A stretch of 64,000 nucleotides of DNA from Klebsiella phage 05F01. Made by a program: the position numbers and the translations under genes. Positions 45,241-54,214 of the stretch are shown here, one piece after another (the stretch's first letter is position 1; every line of letters begins with the position of its first letter). Under the pieces are notes generated by a model. That model searched no databases. It was given only the letters and a program-made list of their open reading frames with translations, and was not told the origin of the DNA. The stretch lies in the sequence record LC483177.1; one strand, given 5' to 3'.

Positions 45241-45672
45241 ATGAAGATCAAAAAAGATTATGTTAAGAGAGTTAATTTCCATTTTGAACAGGTGTGTAAA
45301 AGGGCTGAAAACCTCATCAGTTATCATAATAGTAGATACTATAATTTCCAGCACGGTGGGAAGTCCCATAGTGTTACAATCTTTGGGGAAGCTTCACTAC
45401 TTCTTGGTAATAAAAAAGACGATGAATCGGGAGTGCTACTCAAACTCCTCGAAATTGACAAAATTTCTGTCGAAGATTATCAACTTATGTCTTTCTATGA
45501 GTCCTGCTACAGTTTTGCGCGTGATCTTCTTGATGACCTGCTGGATATAAATAAAGATGTGATGGATATTTATGATGATGTCTTCGATGCATTATTTGCT
45601 ATTGAAAGTTTTGAAGAAGGGACTCTAGGTTTAGATAAAAAGTATTACTTAGGGAGTGATAGTGCCAAATAA
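45241..45672 (+). CDS. hypothetical protein (track 45208..45672; start likely MKIKKDY)
   Basis: track ORF. Confidence 0.4.
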   Translation: MKIKKDYVKRVNFHFEQVCKRAENLISYHNSRYYNFQHGGKSHSVTIFGEASLLLGNKKDDESGVLLKLLEIDKISVEDYQLMSFYESCYSFARDLLDDLLDINKDVMDIYDDVFDALFAIESFEEGTLGLDKKYYLGSDSAK

Positions 45673-46174
45673 TTATGACTTACCTGAAAAGGAATACTAC
45701 CCTACACCACAAGAGTCTATAAAATGGTTATTTGAAATTATAGATTTTAAAAACTTAGTCGAAGAGGGATTTACATTTGCAGAGCCATGTAAGGGTGAGG
45801 CATCTGCAATATATCAGCATTTTCCAAAAGGAAGTGAATACTGTGAGATACAAGAAGGGAAAGATTATTTAGAATCATCTTGGGACAAAAATCCAGATAT
45901 TATTATAACGAATCCACCATTTTCACTTGCAGTACCATTTTTAATTAAAAGTATGAAAGAAAGTGAGGTTCAGATTTACTTACTAAAACTTGCATTCCTT
46001 GAAAGCAAGGGAAGACATGAGTTTAATAAAGAAAATCCACCTGATCACTTAATTATCATGAGTAAGCGACCTTCTTTTGTTGGAGGTGGGACAGACAAGG
46101 CACCTTATGGTTGGTTTATTTATGACAGAAAAGGTATCCTAGGTTTACAAAAACCATTTTATTTCATTTTATAG
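45656..46174 (+). CDS. small putative DNA N6-adenine (amino) methyltransferase
   Basis: YYPTP (motif X-like), EPCKGEASAI (motif I-like), NPPF (motif IV). Confidence 0.45.
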   Translation: MIVPNNYDLPEKEYYPTPQESIKWLFEIIDFKNLVEEGFTFAEPCKGEASAIYQHFPKGSEYCEIQEGKDYLESSWDKNPDIIITNPPFSLAVPFLIKSMKESEVQIYLLKLAFLESKGRHEFNKENPPDHLIIMSKRPSFVGGGTDKAPYGWFIYDRKGILGLQKPFYFIL

Positions 46175-46444
46175 GAGGACATATGGCAATAGAATATAGT
46201 TATTATTTAGTTTACTATGCAAAAGGTAGTGGGGGATGAGATTTCTACTAACGTCTATGCAGCTAATGAGGATTCAGCATCTCTAGTTGGGGCAGCTTTA
46301 CTCACCACTATGTATGGTATGTATATCCCTAAATCTGGGGTTTTAGTGGAACTTGTTGATGGACTTTCTTCTAACACTGCAACTACTACTTGACACACTA
46401 GTACATATATGAGACACTTCTACTAAATAAATAGGAGTGTCTAT

Positions 46445-47116
46445 ATGAACAGAAATATTGCATACAAACGTGTATCAACAGACCAGCAAGATACTGAAAG
46501 ACAGTTCCACAACTCAGGTATGGTTTTTGATCTTGAATTTGAAGAGAAACTCTCTGGTAAAAATACAGACCGCCCTGAACTAAAGAAATGTCTATCAGTA
46601 CTTTGCAAAGGTGATACACTACATGTTTGGGAAGTTAGTCGTCTTTCTCGTAACCTGACTGATACTCGTGAGATTGTGTTCTCTCTCTTAGATAGAGGGG
46701 TAAGCATTAAATTTCATAAGGAGGGATTGGAGTTTGTTTCAGGTAGTGAAGATGGTATGAAGGATGCTATCAGCAAAATGATGCTTAACGTAATGGGCAG
46801 TTTTGCTGAATTTGAAAGGTCATTGATTTGTGGTAGAGTTAAAGAAGGTGTTGCAGTAGCTAAAAGTAAAGGAATATTAATGGGAGCAGCAAACCCTAAG
46901 TATAATAGAACTGATTATTCTAAAAAGAATGCAGCTAAAAAATCCTATGAATTTGCACTCACACTGAAAGAATCTTTAGTGTCTTATCGTCAAAAAGGGT
47001 TATCTTTTTTGACTATTGCTGAAAGGTTAAATGAAGCGGGAAAAACTACAAATAAAGGTAGTGAGTTTAAAGCAATGACTGTAAAAAGGTTATGTGAAAA
47101 ATTGGAGATCAAATGA
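46445..47116 (+). CDS. serine recombinase (resolvase/invertase family) with C-terminal HTH
   Basis: catalytic N-terminus IAYKRVSTDQQDTERQ; 223 aa. Confidence 0.75.
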   Translation: MNRNIAYKRVSTDQQDTERQFHNSGMVFDLEFEEKLSGKNTDRPELKKCLSVLCKGDTLHVWEVSRLSRNLTDTREIVFSLLDRGVSIKFHKEGLEFVSGSEDGMKDAISKMMLNVMGSFAEFERSLICGRVKEGVAVAKSKGILMGAANPKYNRTDYSKKNAAKKSYEFALTLKESLVSYRQKGLSFLTIAERLNEAGKTTNKGSEFKAMTVKRLCEKLEIK

Positions 47117-47316
47117 CAGAAGCTATCACAGACACTTTCCAATCGAGAGAAGAGATGATTAGGAAGTTAAATTTCCTGTTGATGACAGGTGGCACAAACG
47201 ATGCCAGAATTATTAGGGGAAATGGTATTTACCAATTAACCTTTACTAAAAATATTAATACATTTGATGGAGAATTTGATGAACTTAGTAGCTCACAAAC
47301 ACTTGAAACTACCTGA
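47113..47316 (+). CDS. small hypothetical protein
   Basis: track ORF. Confidence 0.3.
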   Translation: MTEAITDTFQSREEMIRKLNFLLMTGGTNDARIIRGNGIYQLTFTKNINTFDGEFDELSSSQTLETT

Positions 47317-48016
47317 TGACAAGCGCCTGTTCATCATCGGAGATTTACATGGTTGTTGGGACCTGTATAAAAAAGGCACTAAGGTGTTGGGTATTGATAA
47401 TGACGATATCGTAATATCTCTTGGGGATTTAGTTGATCGTGGACCTGAAGCATTTAAATGTGTATTAGAGTTCACCCGTAAAGAGAATAGATATGCTATC
47501 ATGGGTAATCATGAGCATATGTTAGTAAAAGGCATGCTTGATGGTGACCGAAGTTACTATGAATGCTGGTACCAAAATGGTGGTAATGTCCTCTGGGATC
47601 AATTTGATGAAGAAGGCGTTACATTAATAGCCAGTATGCTAGAAAACCTTCCTGTAATCCTAACAGTAGAGTATCGTGGGATGGTACTTGCTTTTTCTCA
47701 TGGAGGCTGGTGTGCTCAGTTAAGTTATTATTCTCCATATGAGTTAGGGAGTCTATTAACACAGAAAAATAACGACAATATCCTGGAAGCAATTATGTGG
47801 GACAGAGATAGCATCAGGTGTGCAATGGAAGAGTATCCTGTAGGTGATGTTAAAGATGTTGATTACATTTTTCATGGTCACTCTTATGTAAAAGAACCAA
47901 TCATTCACCATAACCGTGTTTATATGGATACTGGTAGCTGTTTTAATGGCAACCTCACATTTGCATCGTTTGATAAAAGAGATTTGTGGTTTTATTCAAC
48001 ATTAGAGGAAGATTAA
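47264..48016 (+). CDS. Ser/Thr protein phosphatase (lambda PPase-like metallophosphatase)
   Basis: GDLHG, GDLVDRG, GNHE motifs. Confidence 0.75.
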   Translation: MMENLMNLVAHKHLKLPDDKRLFIIGDLHGCWDLYKKGTKVLGIDNDDIVISLGDLVDRGPEAFKCVLEFTRKENRYAIMGNHEHMLVKGMLDGDRSYYECWYQNGGNVLWDQFDEEGVTLIASMLENLPVILTVEYRGMVLAFSHGGWCAQLSYYSPYELGSLLTQKNNDNILEAIMWDRDSIRCAMEEYPVGDVKDVDYIFHGHSYVKEPIIHHNRVYMDTGSCFNGNLTFASFDKRDLWFYSTLEED

Positions 48017-48017
48017 T

Positions 48018-48260
48018 ATGCTCCGTGTAAGATTTAAAGCAAATGCAGATGACTATCGACCAGTTAACTGGCCTGTAAAACATCCTTATTGGTGCACAGG
48101 ATATGGAGGTGATTACAGTATTGTCATCTCATACGCAGATAATGAGGAGTATATTTATAATAACTGGCCTGAAGCTTCAGATCTTGATATTGAAGAAGTT
48201 GAAGGGTACGTTTTCACAGACAGATTTGAAAAGCCTGAATGGTCTGAGGAGAATAAATGA
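48018..48260 (+). CDS. small hypothetical protein
   Basis: track ORF. Confidence 0.4.
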   Translation: MLRVRFKANADDYRPVNWPVKHPYWCTGYGGDYSIVISYADNEEYIYNNWPEASDLDIEEVEGYVFTDRFEKPEWSEENK

Positions 48261-48445
48261 TTAAAGTTACACTTACTGAAACTCTAGGTAAGATGTCAAA
48301 TTCTATCAGCATAGAATCTGAAGATATCAATATAATTAATGCTTTTCTTGAATCAAAAGGTGAAAGAGTAATCACTTCATTTGAGTGTAGTTTTCCTAAT
48401 AACTTAGATAAAGATAAATTAAAGAGGGTATTAGATGACATTTAA
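48257..48445 (+). CDS. small hypothetical protein
   Basis: track ORF. Confidence 0.35.
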   Translation: MIKVTLTETLGKMSNSISIESEDINIINAFLESKGERVITSFECSFPNNLDKDKLKRVLDDI

Positions 48446-49001
48446 ATATTACACTGGAGTAGGTAGTAGAGATGTATCTGAAGAAGAATGGAATCTAATG
48501 GTAGGTATCGGTAAGTGGTTAGCTAATAAAGGGTATTGGTTACGTAGTGGCAAAGCCGAAGGGAGTGACAGTGCATTTGAATTTGGTGTGTCTCAATCTG
48601 AAAATGTAAATAATAAAGAGATCTACATCCCTTGGTCTACATTTAAAGGCAATCAATTAGATGGTGAGGTTATTGTGCTTTCTGGACCAACTACTGATAA
48701 CTTTGCTATCTCAAGTGATTGGGTTAGACGTATACATAAATACCCTGATGGATTGAAACAAGGTGCATTTAAATTACATCAAAGAAATATCCATCAAGTT
48801 TTAGGGAAAGATCTAACCACACCTAATCCATCTACATTCTTACTTGCTTGTGCAGATCTAGAAAAGGACCTTGAAACACCCACTGGTGGTACAAGAACTG
48901 CTTGGGTATTAGCTAAACAGTTTGGCGTTCCTTGCTTAAATGTACGAGGTAAAACAAAGAAAGAAATATTCGACTGGCTAAAACAATTTGTTGACATCTA
49001 A
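48435..49001 (+). CDS. putative SLOG/DprA-like Rossmann-fold nucleotide-binding protein
   Basis: GVGSRD...RSGKAEGSDSAF glycine-rich pattern; weak. Confidence 0.3.
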   Translation: MTFKYYTGVGSRDVSEEEWNLMVGIGKWLANKGYWLRSGKAEGSDSAFEFGVSQSENVNNKEIYIPWSTFKGNQLDGEVIVLSGPTTDNFAISSDWVRRIHKYPDGLKQGAFKLHQRNIHQVLGKDLTTPNPSTFLLACADLEKDLETPTGGTRTAWVLAKQFGVPCLNVRGKTKKEIFDWLKQFVDI

Positions 49002-49024
49002 CACGTATTTTGTTAGATTACTTA

Positions 49025-49048
49025 AAGGGGCAAAAGCCCCTTTTAATT
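49025..49048 (+). terminator. intrinsic terminator GGGGCAAAAGCCCC plus UUUU
   Basis: hairpin plus T-run. Confidence 0.6.
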
Positions 49049-49204
49049 TATTTGGAGTGATGATGAAATTTCTAAAGAAAACTGTATATTTTTCTTATCT
49101 ATCTAAAGATAAGCAACGGTATTTTGGTAAGAAGGTGACACATGCAGGTGGAGATGTAACTTGCTATGGGTTTTGGTTTTTTCATATCTATTGGTGGAAT
49201 TAAT

Positions 49205-49435
49205 ATGTGGACTAAAGAAGATTTCTATAATTTAGAAAAAGCTCTAAAGTATGTAAGGGACTATGAACAAGATACTGCCGAAAGGAATAAATACCTTATT
49301 CCTGATGTAAAAGAAAAGAGTGACTGTATGCATGATAATTGTCCTAATTGTCATGGTACGGGTATTAATAAATTAGGTGGAATGTGTGTTCATGGTATTA
49401 GTTGTCCTTGTAGTAAATGCAGAACATATTGTTAA
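49205..49435 (+). CDS. small Cys-rich (DnaJ-like CxxCxGxG zinc-finger) protein
   Basis: CPNCHGTG...CPCSKC; track 49166..49435. Confidence 0.4.
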   Translation: MWTKEDFYNLEKALKYVRDYEQDTAERNKYLIPDVKEKSDCMHDNCPNCHGTGINKLGGMCVHGISCPCSKCRTYC

Positions 49436-49467
49436 AAACAAAGGATAGACTGTAGATAGGGGGTTAT

Positions 49468-49812
49468 ATGGTAACAAAAACAAAGTTTGACTCTATAGCA
49501 ACACTGTACCGACTATGTCGTGCTAGTATGGTTAGTCAGTTAAAGTTACAAGGATTGAGCGACTTAAAAATTGCGCATTCCCTAACACTTACAAAAAATA
49601 CTCTGTTATCTTTTATTAAATGCACAGAGGACACAAGTACCATACCTTTTGTATTAGATGCACCACAATATATGTTTGCTAATCGTGAAGTAACACCCAC
49701 TACATATATTGATATTCAAGTGATGGGTCTTGATACTTATCCCCTCTCTAATGGTACCGCTCTGTTGGTAGACCCTGTGACAAGAGAATTCTGTTATGTT
49801 TTTTTGGGATGA
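49468..49812 (+). CDS. hypothetical protein (114 aa)
   Basis: track ORF. Confidence 0.4.
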   Translation: MVTKTKFDSIATLYRLCRASMVSQLKLQGLSDLKIAHSLTLTKNTLLSFIKCTEDTSTIPFVLDAPQYMFANREVTPTTYIDIQVMGLDTYPLSNGTALLVDPVTREFCYVFLG

Positions 49813-49982
49813 GGTAGGACAATCTTCCAATCCATACCAAACGCATTGGGAAGCTTTATATGCATCCAGATGCTATATGCAGGGCTTGGCTGGAGATGCA
49901 TTAAGTATGGCAGAAGAAATGAATGAAAATATGCAGTTATATGGTACAATAGATAAACCTAAAAATAAATAAAGGAGAATGT

Positions 49983-50774
49983 ATGCGTAGGGTTATTTTA
50001 ATTAGTGGGGCAGGATTAAGTGTAGAAAGTGGTATACGTGCATTCAGAACAGATACTGAAAGTGGCAAAGCATTGTGGGTTTCAAATGATTTTAATTCTG
50101 ATACTGGTGAAAGCAAAGAAGTTCAATATAAGGTAGAAGAGGTTTGTGATATTCATGCTTTCAGGGGTAATTTTTACCACAAAACTCACTCTTTCTATAA
50201 CAAAAGACGGGAAGAATTGTCAACAGTTCACCCTAATGCAGCACATCTACAGATTGGTGAATGGTTTAATAAATACCCAGGACAAGTAATTAATATTTCA
50301 ACTAACGTAGATGATCTTCTGGAAAGAAGCGGAATCCCACGTGATGAAGTAATTCATGTTCACGGCTTCCTGAAAGAGTTGAGGTATAAACTAAATGAAG
50401 GGGATGAGGAATCCATTGTTGATATTGGATATACACAAATTGAACCTGATGACTATCATTGGGCTAAACCTAATGTAGTATTCTTTGGTGAAGCTGCACC
50501 TTTATATGCTGATATGTATAATGTGTTTGATAGTCTAACTAGTCAAGATATGGTGATAGTTGTAGGTTGTTCTAACCAAGTGATTAATTTCAATTGGGAA
50601 CTCTTTCCTTCACTATCAAAAGGTGTAAAAATGTTAGTTGTCAATAATGGGATTAACTACCTTGAACAAGAGTTATATGAAAACAACGGAGTTCTTGTTT
50701 ATTATGCAGGTGCGGTTGAGACATTTACTAACAAAAATTTCATTAAACTGATCGAAAAACATTTGGAGGGTTAG
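49983..50774 (+). CDS. Sir2-family (sirtuin-like) NAD-binding protein lacking the zinc-ribbon cysteines
   Basis: ISGAGLSVESGIRAFR matches sirtuin GAGISxxSGIPxFR; later NxDxL and HG blocks; no CxxC pairs. Confidence 0.55.
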   Translation: MRRVILISGAGLSVESGIRAFRTDTESGKALWVSNDFNSDTGESKEVQYKVEEVCDIHAFRGNFYHKTHSFYNKRREELSTVHPNAAHLQIGEWFNKYPGQVINISTNVDDLLERSGIPRDEVIHVHGFLKELRYKLNEGDEESIVDIGYTQIEPDDYHWAKPNVVFFGEAAPLYADMYNVFDSLTSQDMVIVVGCSNQVINFNWELFPSLSKGVKMLVVNNGINYLEQELYENNGVLVYYAGAVETFTNKNFIKLIEKHLEG

Positions 50775-50776
50775 TA

Positions 50777-51103
50777 ATGAATTACTATATTATTTCACAA
50801 GCAGTTTTCCCAATTTTTCTGGTTTTACTTACTTTAGGATATTTTCTAAGTGCTAAGGTAAATTCATACAAGAAAGAAGAACTATCTGGCCCACTTGGTG
50901 GGCTAACTAAAAGTGTTGGTCTTAAATTTGCAACAATTACATTCTACTTATTTGACCTTACAGTTAGTGTAGTTCTCTTTGCAATAGCAGCGAGTGAATG
51001 GTGGTATGTTATTCTTCTTATTATTGAGGTATTCATCTACCTTGCTGTTTGTTTGCAAGCTAATAAGAACCTAAATAAATTGTCATCCATAAAAACTTCA
51101 TAA
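50777..51103 (+). CDS. small integral membrane protein (3 TM)
   Basis: hydrophobic segments. Confidence 0.45.
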   Translation: MNYYIISQAVFPIFLVLLTLGYFLSAKVNSYKKEELSGPLGGLTKSVGLKFATITFYLFDLTVSVVLFAIAASEWWYVILLIIEVFIYLAVCLQANKNLNKLSSIKTS

Positions 51104-51104
51104 A

Positions 51105-51132
51105 ACAAAGGAGCCTTTCGGCTCCTTTTTTA
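51105..51132. terminator. bidirectional intrinsic terminator GGAGCC-UUUCG-GCUCC flanked by A-run/T-run between convergent genes
   Basis: hairpin with poly-A upstream and poly-T downstream. Confidence 0.65.
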
Positions 51133-51354
51133 TTTTCCTTTACTATATAATTCTATAACTAACTCATCGCTATCATCTATCCTGGATAGGTATTGTTCAT
51201 TAATTACTACATCCTCATACTTGAATGGTTTCTCATAAACACAAGCCCAATCTCCCATCCCAATATAGCCATTAACAAAGACTTTATCTCCCGGTTTGAA
51301 TTTATCTAAACCAAAAACGATAGCCTGGCACCCTTCCATTAGTGGTAAACTCAT
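51130..51354 (-). CDS. small hypothetical protein (74 aa)
   Basis: track ORF. Confidence 0.4.
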   Translation of the reverse strand: MSLPLMEGCQAIVFGLDKFKPGDKVFVNGYIGMGDWACVYEKPFKYEDVVINEQYLSRIDDSDELVIELYSKGK

Positions 51355-51836
51355 AACACCTCCGACACAATTTTAATGGTCTCTAAGTAACGACTGATCC
51401 TCCGTTTATCTCCACTTTGAATAGAGCAAGTCAAGTTACACAACGAATCAGATAGCTTCACTTTAACTGCAACCTTATCTACAGTCAACCAGTTTAAGTA
51501 TTCTTTACGTGTGATGCTATCACCTTTAGTCAGATACCCAACTGATTTGCAGATAGCTAAGGATTCCTCTTGAGTGAATAACCCCTTTTTCTCAAAGTTA
51601 AGCATCATCTCTGCCATATCCATTCGTGCTAATGATTTATCTCCTGCATCTTCAATTAAGTCATGGAGCATAGAAACTACCCAGATAACTTTGTCCTCAC
51701 CCCATAGGTCTTCACTCTTTGATGTCACCATCTCTAAATGGTAAAGGTAAGGATGTTCACCATACTTCTGGTCTCCATGCCATTTATTCACTAAAGCATA
51801 AACACTTTCTTTTATTTCTGAATCAATATAATTCAT
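51351..51836 (-). CDS. HD-domain phosphohydrolase (possible small alarmone/(p)ppGpp hydrolase-like)
   Basis: H...HD...D pattern: EHPYLYHLEMV, MLHDLIEDAGD; track ORF 51351..51896 trimmed to MNYIDSEIK because 5' part is a terminator hairpin. Confidence 0.4.
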   Translation of the reverse strand: MNYIDSEIKESVYALVNKWHGDQKYGEHPYLYHLEMVTSKSEDLWGEDKVIWVVSMLHDLIEDAGDKSLARMDMAEMMLNFEKKGLFTQEESLAICKSVGYLTKGDSITRKEYLNWLTVDKVAVKVKLSDSLCNLTCSIQSGDKRRISRYLETIKIVSEVL

Positions 51837-51851
51837 ATCATCTCCTATAAA

Positions 51852-51886
51852 CGAAAAAAGGACCAAGAGTTTCCTCAAGGTCCTTA
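51852..51886 (-). terminator. intrinsic terminator AAGGACC...GGUCCUU plus U-run on minus strand
   Basis: 7-bp stem plus T-run. Confidence 0.5.
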
Positions 51887-51895
51887 ACAATAACA

Positions 51896-52153
51896 TTATT
51901 TTGAAACGTAGTAAAGTAGTAAAGCTAAAATTATAATGAGAATGATGTTTTTAAAAACACTTCCTCCACTAGCTCGCTTAGTCTCATAACTCAACCCGGT
52001 TCCTGGCAAACCTACAGTAGTCTTCGTTCCGTTTCTATTAACATTTGCAGTAAGTCCGTTTCCACCAACAGAAACTGAGTTTACACCTTTCTTACCAAAG
52101 TTAATGTATACACCAGGAATTACTTTTATGCGTTTCCTAAATCTCAGTCCCAT
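51896..52153 (-). CDS. Gly-rich small protein with C-terminal TM anchor (85 aa)
   Basis: track ORF. Confidence 0.4.
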   Translation of the reverse strand: MGLRFRKRIKVIPGVYINFGKKGVNSVSVGGNGLTANVNRNGTKTTVGLPGTGLSYETKRASGGSVFKNIILIIILALLLYYVSK

Positions 52154-52252
52154 TATTTTGATGAGTCCAGTACTTCTTTTACCTTAGCTATTACGGTATC
52201 TTTATAAATACCAACAACGACACCTACTACAAAAGCAAAAATAGTAAACATA

Positions 52253-52447
52253 TTACCTCCTATTAAAAATTTCTGTTAACTTAACTACTATAGCAATAAT
52301 TGAAAATATAATCCATAAAAACATTATTATTTTTAATGTAATTAAAGATTCGTATAAAGACAGACTGAACGAATTTAATCCAAGAAAGAATACGAATACT
52401 GCAAGAGAAGCAATAGACATCCAACAGATAAATTCTTTAATGTTCAC
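52253..52447 (-). CDS. small membrane protein (64 aa)
   Basis: track ORF, two hydrophobic helices. Confidence 0.4.
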   Translation of the reverse strand: MNIKEFICWMSIASLAVFVFFLGLNSFSLSLYESLITLKIIMFLWIIFSIIAIVVKLTEIFNRR

Positions 52448-52448
52448 T

Positions 52449-52739
52449 TTACTCTACCTCACCAATTAACTTACTATAGTGACGATAATGATACACCTTT
52501 TTAACCTTGTTTGCAATAGCTTCTTCAGATGGTAGGAAAGAAAAATCTTCTTCATCGTTAAGAAGTTGAATAATTCCCATTACATCATTTAACTCATCAT
52601 GTAGACGTTGAATATTTGACTTTTGGTTTCCTGTCTGTTGCTCATACATGCCAAATTGTTGACATTTATGCGCCATCTGTGCAACTTCAACACACTCTTC
52701 TGCAAGTTTTGTTAGAAGGTATTGGACATTATTCATCAT
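52449..52739 (-). CDS. hypothetical protein (96 aa)
   Basis: track ORF. Confidence 0.4.
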   Translation of the reverse strand: MMNNVQYLLTKLAEECVEVAQMAHKCQQFGMYEQQTGNQKSNIQRLHDELNDVMGIIQLLNDEEDFSFLPSEEAIANKVKKVYHYRHYSKLIGEVE

Positions 52740-53298
52740 CTTTTACCACCTGTGGGAATTTCCCTTCAATATACAAAGTTGTTAGATGTTCTGCAATTGA
52801 TTTTCTCATACGGTCATTTTGAAAGTAATTTTGTGGCAGTTCTTTGTAGATAAAGTCCACAATTTCATCATTAGGATCATATTTAATTAAATCCCCTCTT
52901 TCACTAGTGCTATAAAGAAATCCAACATCTACTGTAACACCTTTATTTCCAGAATAAACTACAACACCTGTCAACCATTCCTTATCTAGGTCAGAATGCT
53001 TATAATCAGATTCATACCAAACTTTCACTTTGACACCAACTTGAGGGAAAATATCTAATTCTACCCAATCTACAAGAAAATAGCTAGTATAATCATAAAA
53101 TTTATCTGTTACACAAATTCTATGACTAGGGTTATCAAAGTTTCCTCCCCAGACACCTATGACATTCATTGAAGGTTCTTTATAAAACCCTTTAACCTCA
53201 CCATCTGCATCTTGGGTAATATAATTAAATTTACACATATTTAAATAAATATTATTATTTTTCTCTTTTTCTTTTAAGAAGAATTCTTTTAATTTCAT
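52729..53298 (-). CDS. hypothetical protein (189 aa)
   Basis: track ORF. Confidence 0.45.
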   Translation of the reverse strand: MKLKEFFLKEKEKNNNIYLNMCKFNYITQDADGEVKGFYKEPSMNVIGVWGGNFDNPSHRICVTDKFYDYTSYFLVDWVELDIFPQVGVKVKVWYESDYKHSDLDKEWLTGVVVYSGNKGVTVDVGFLYSTSERGDLIKYDPNDEIVDFIYKELPQNYFQNDRMRKSIAEHLTTLYIEGKFPQVVKDDE

Positions 53299-53304
53299 AT
53301 TTCC

Positions 53305-53517
53305 TCACTTAGTATAGACAGTGTTCACAGGTTTATCACATAGCTCAACCAGTTCATCAACTAGACGAATAGCATCTTCTTTATTCCAAAAAGAGGCATT
53401 TTCTACATCCACCCAAAAAGTCATAAACAGAAAGTTATATGCTTTTTGAACAACATACTTAGTTGATACTGACCTCATTGAGTAGAAATCAACTTTTATT
53501 ACTCGGTATTTAGCCAC
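53305..53517 (-). CDS. small hypothetical protein
   Basis: track ORF. Confidence 0.4.
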   Translation of the reverse strand: MAKYRVIKVDFYSMRSVSTKYVVQKAYNFLFMTFWVDVENASFWNKEDAIRLVDELVELCDKPVNTVYTK

Positions 53518-53658
53518 TGCGCCTCCTTAAAATAAATCAATTTCTCTTAATAAACCCACCACAACCACATCTAGGACACATTGTATATTCAACACCATCC
53601 TTATCCAACCTATTTTCCCTTTTATGTTCTAATCCACATGCTACACAAATAATAGTCA

Positions 53659-53847
53659 TTACTTTTCCTTAATGTCAAATGACACAAATTTACCTTGTGC
53701 TTTAATACATTTATACTCTTCTTCATAAGAATTTGAAGGCCATTGTGTAGCAATGTAGCACTGCTCAGGTGATTTATAGAAACCTTCTCCAATAGTCTTT
53801 TTAATTTCCCCATGAGAAATCATTACTGCAATATAAAATGACAACAT
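53659..53847 (-). CDS. small hypothetical protein
   Basis: track ORF. Confidence 0.35.
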   Translation of the reverse strand: MLSFYIAVMISHGEIKKTIGEGFYKSPEQCYIATQWPSNSYEEEYKCIKAQGKFVSFDIKEK

Positions 53848-53856
53848 AATATCTCC

Positions 53857-54114
53857 TTAGTGAAAAGTTAATCTTAGTGGATCGTTCTCTTCCAATGGTT
53901 TAGCATATAAAGTGTGAAGCTGCTCAAAATACCCATGATAAGGCAGGCTTGTAACTCTTCTTTCACCCTCTTCATTAACTAAAACATTAGCTGAATACTG
54001 ATAATATTCTTTAACACAATAAGGTTTAGCTAATAAAGTTTTTAATGCCTCTTCATGATCCGAACGTTTCCAGATCCTATCTGTCATCTCAACTAAGTCA
54101 TGGTGTTCCTTCAA
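53857..54114 (-). CDS. small hypothetical protein
   Basis: track ORF. Confidence 0.4.
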   Translation of the reverse strand: MKEHHDLVEMTDRIWKRSDHEEALKTLLAKPYCVKEYYQYSANVLVNEEGERRVTSLPYHGYFEQLHTLYAKPLEENDPLRLTFH

Positions 54115-54214
54115 TTCTTCTAATGCTTTAGCTGCAACTTCGTATGATGAACAAACTATCCCAAGACTAACCTCTCTTTCATCATAATGGCTCTCGCTAT
54201 CACCTGTTTCGTAA

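Noticed and set aside
46445-47116. Calling the element a prophage or temperate phage on the basis of the serine recombinase
   Set aside because: There is no large integrase, repressor/Cro pair or attachment site, and the genome is packed with virulent-phage metabolism genes. The recombinase is a small resolvase/invertase type.
51837-51896. First 20 codons (MLLLRTLRKLLVLFSFIGDD) of track ORF 51351..51896
   Set aside because: The sequence encodes the stem of an intrinsic terminator hairpin; the start was moved to the internal Met.
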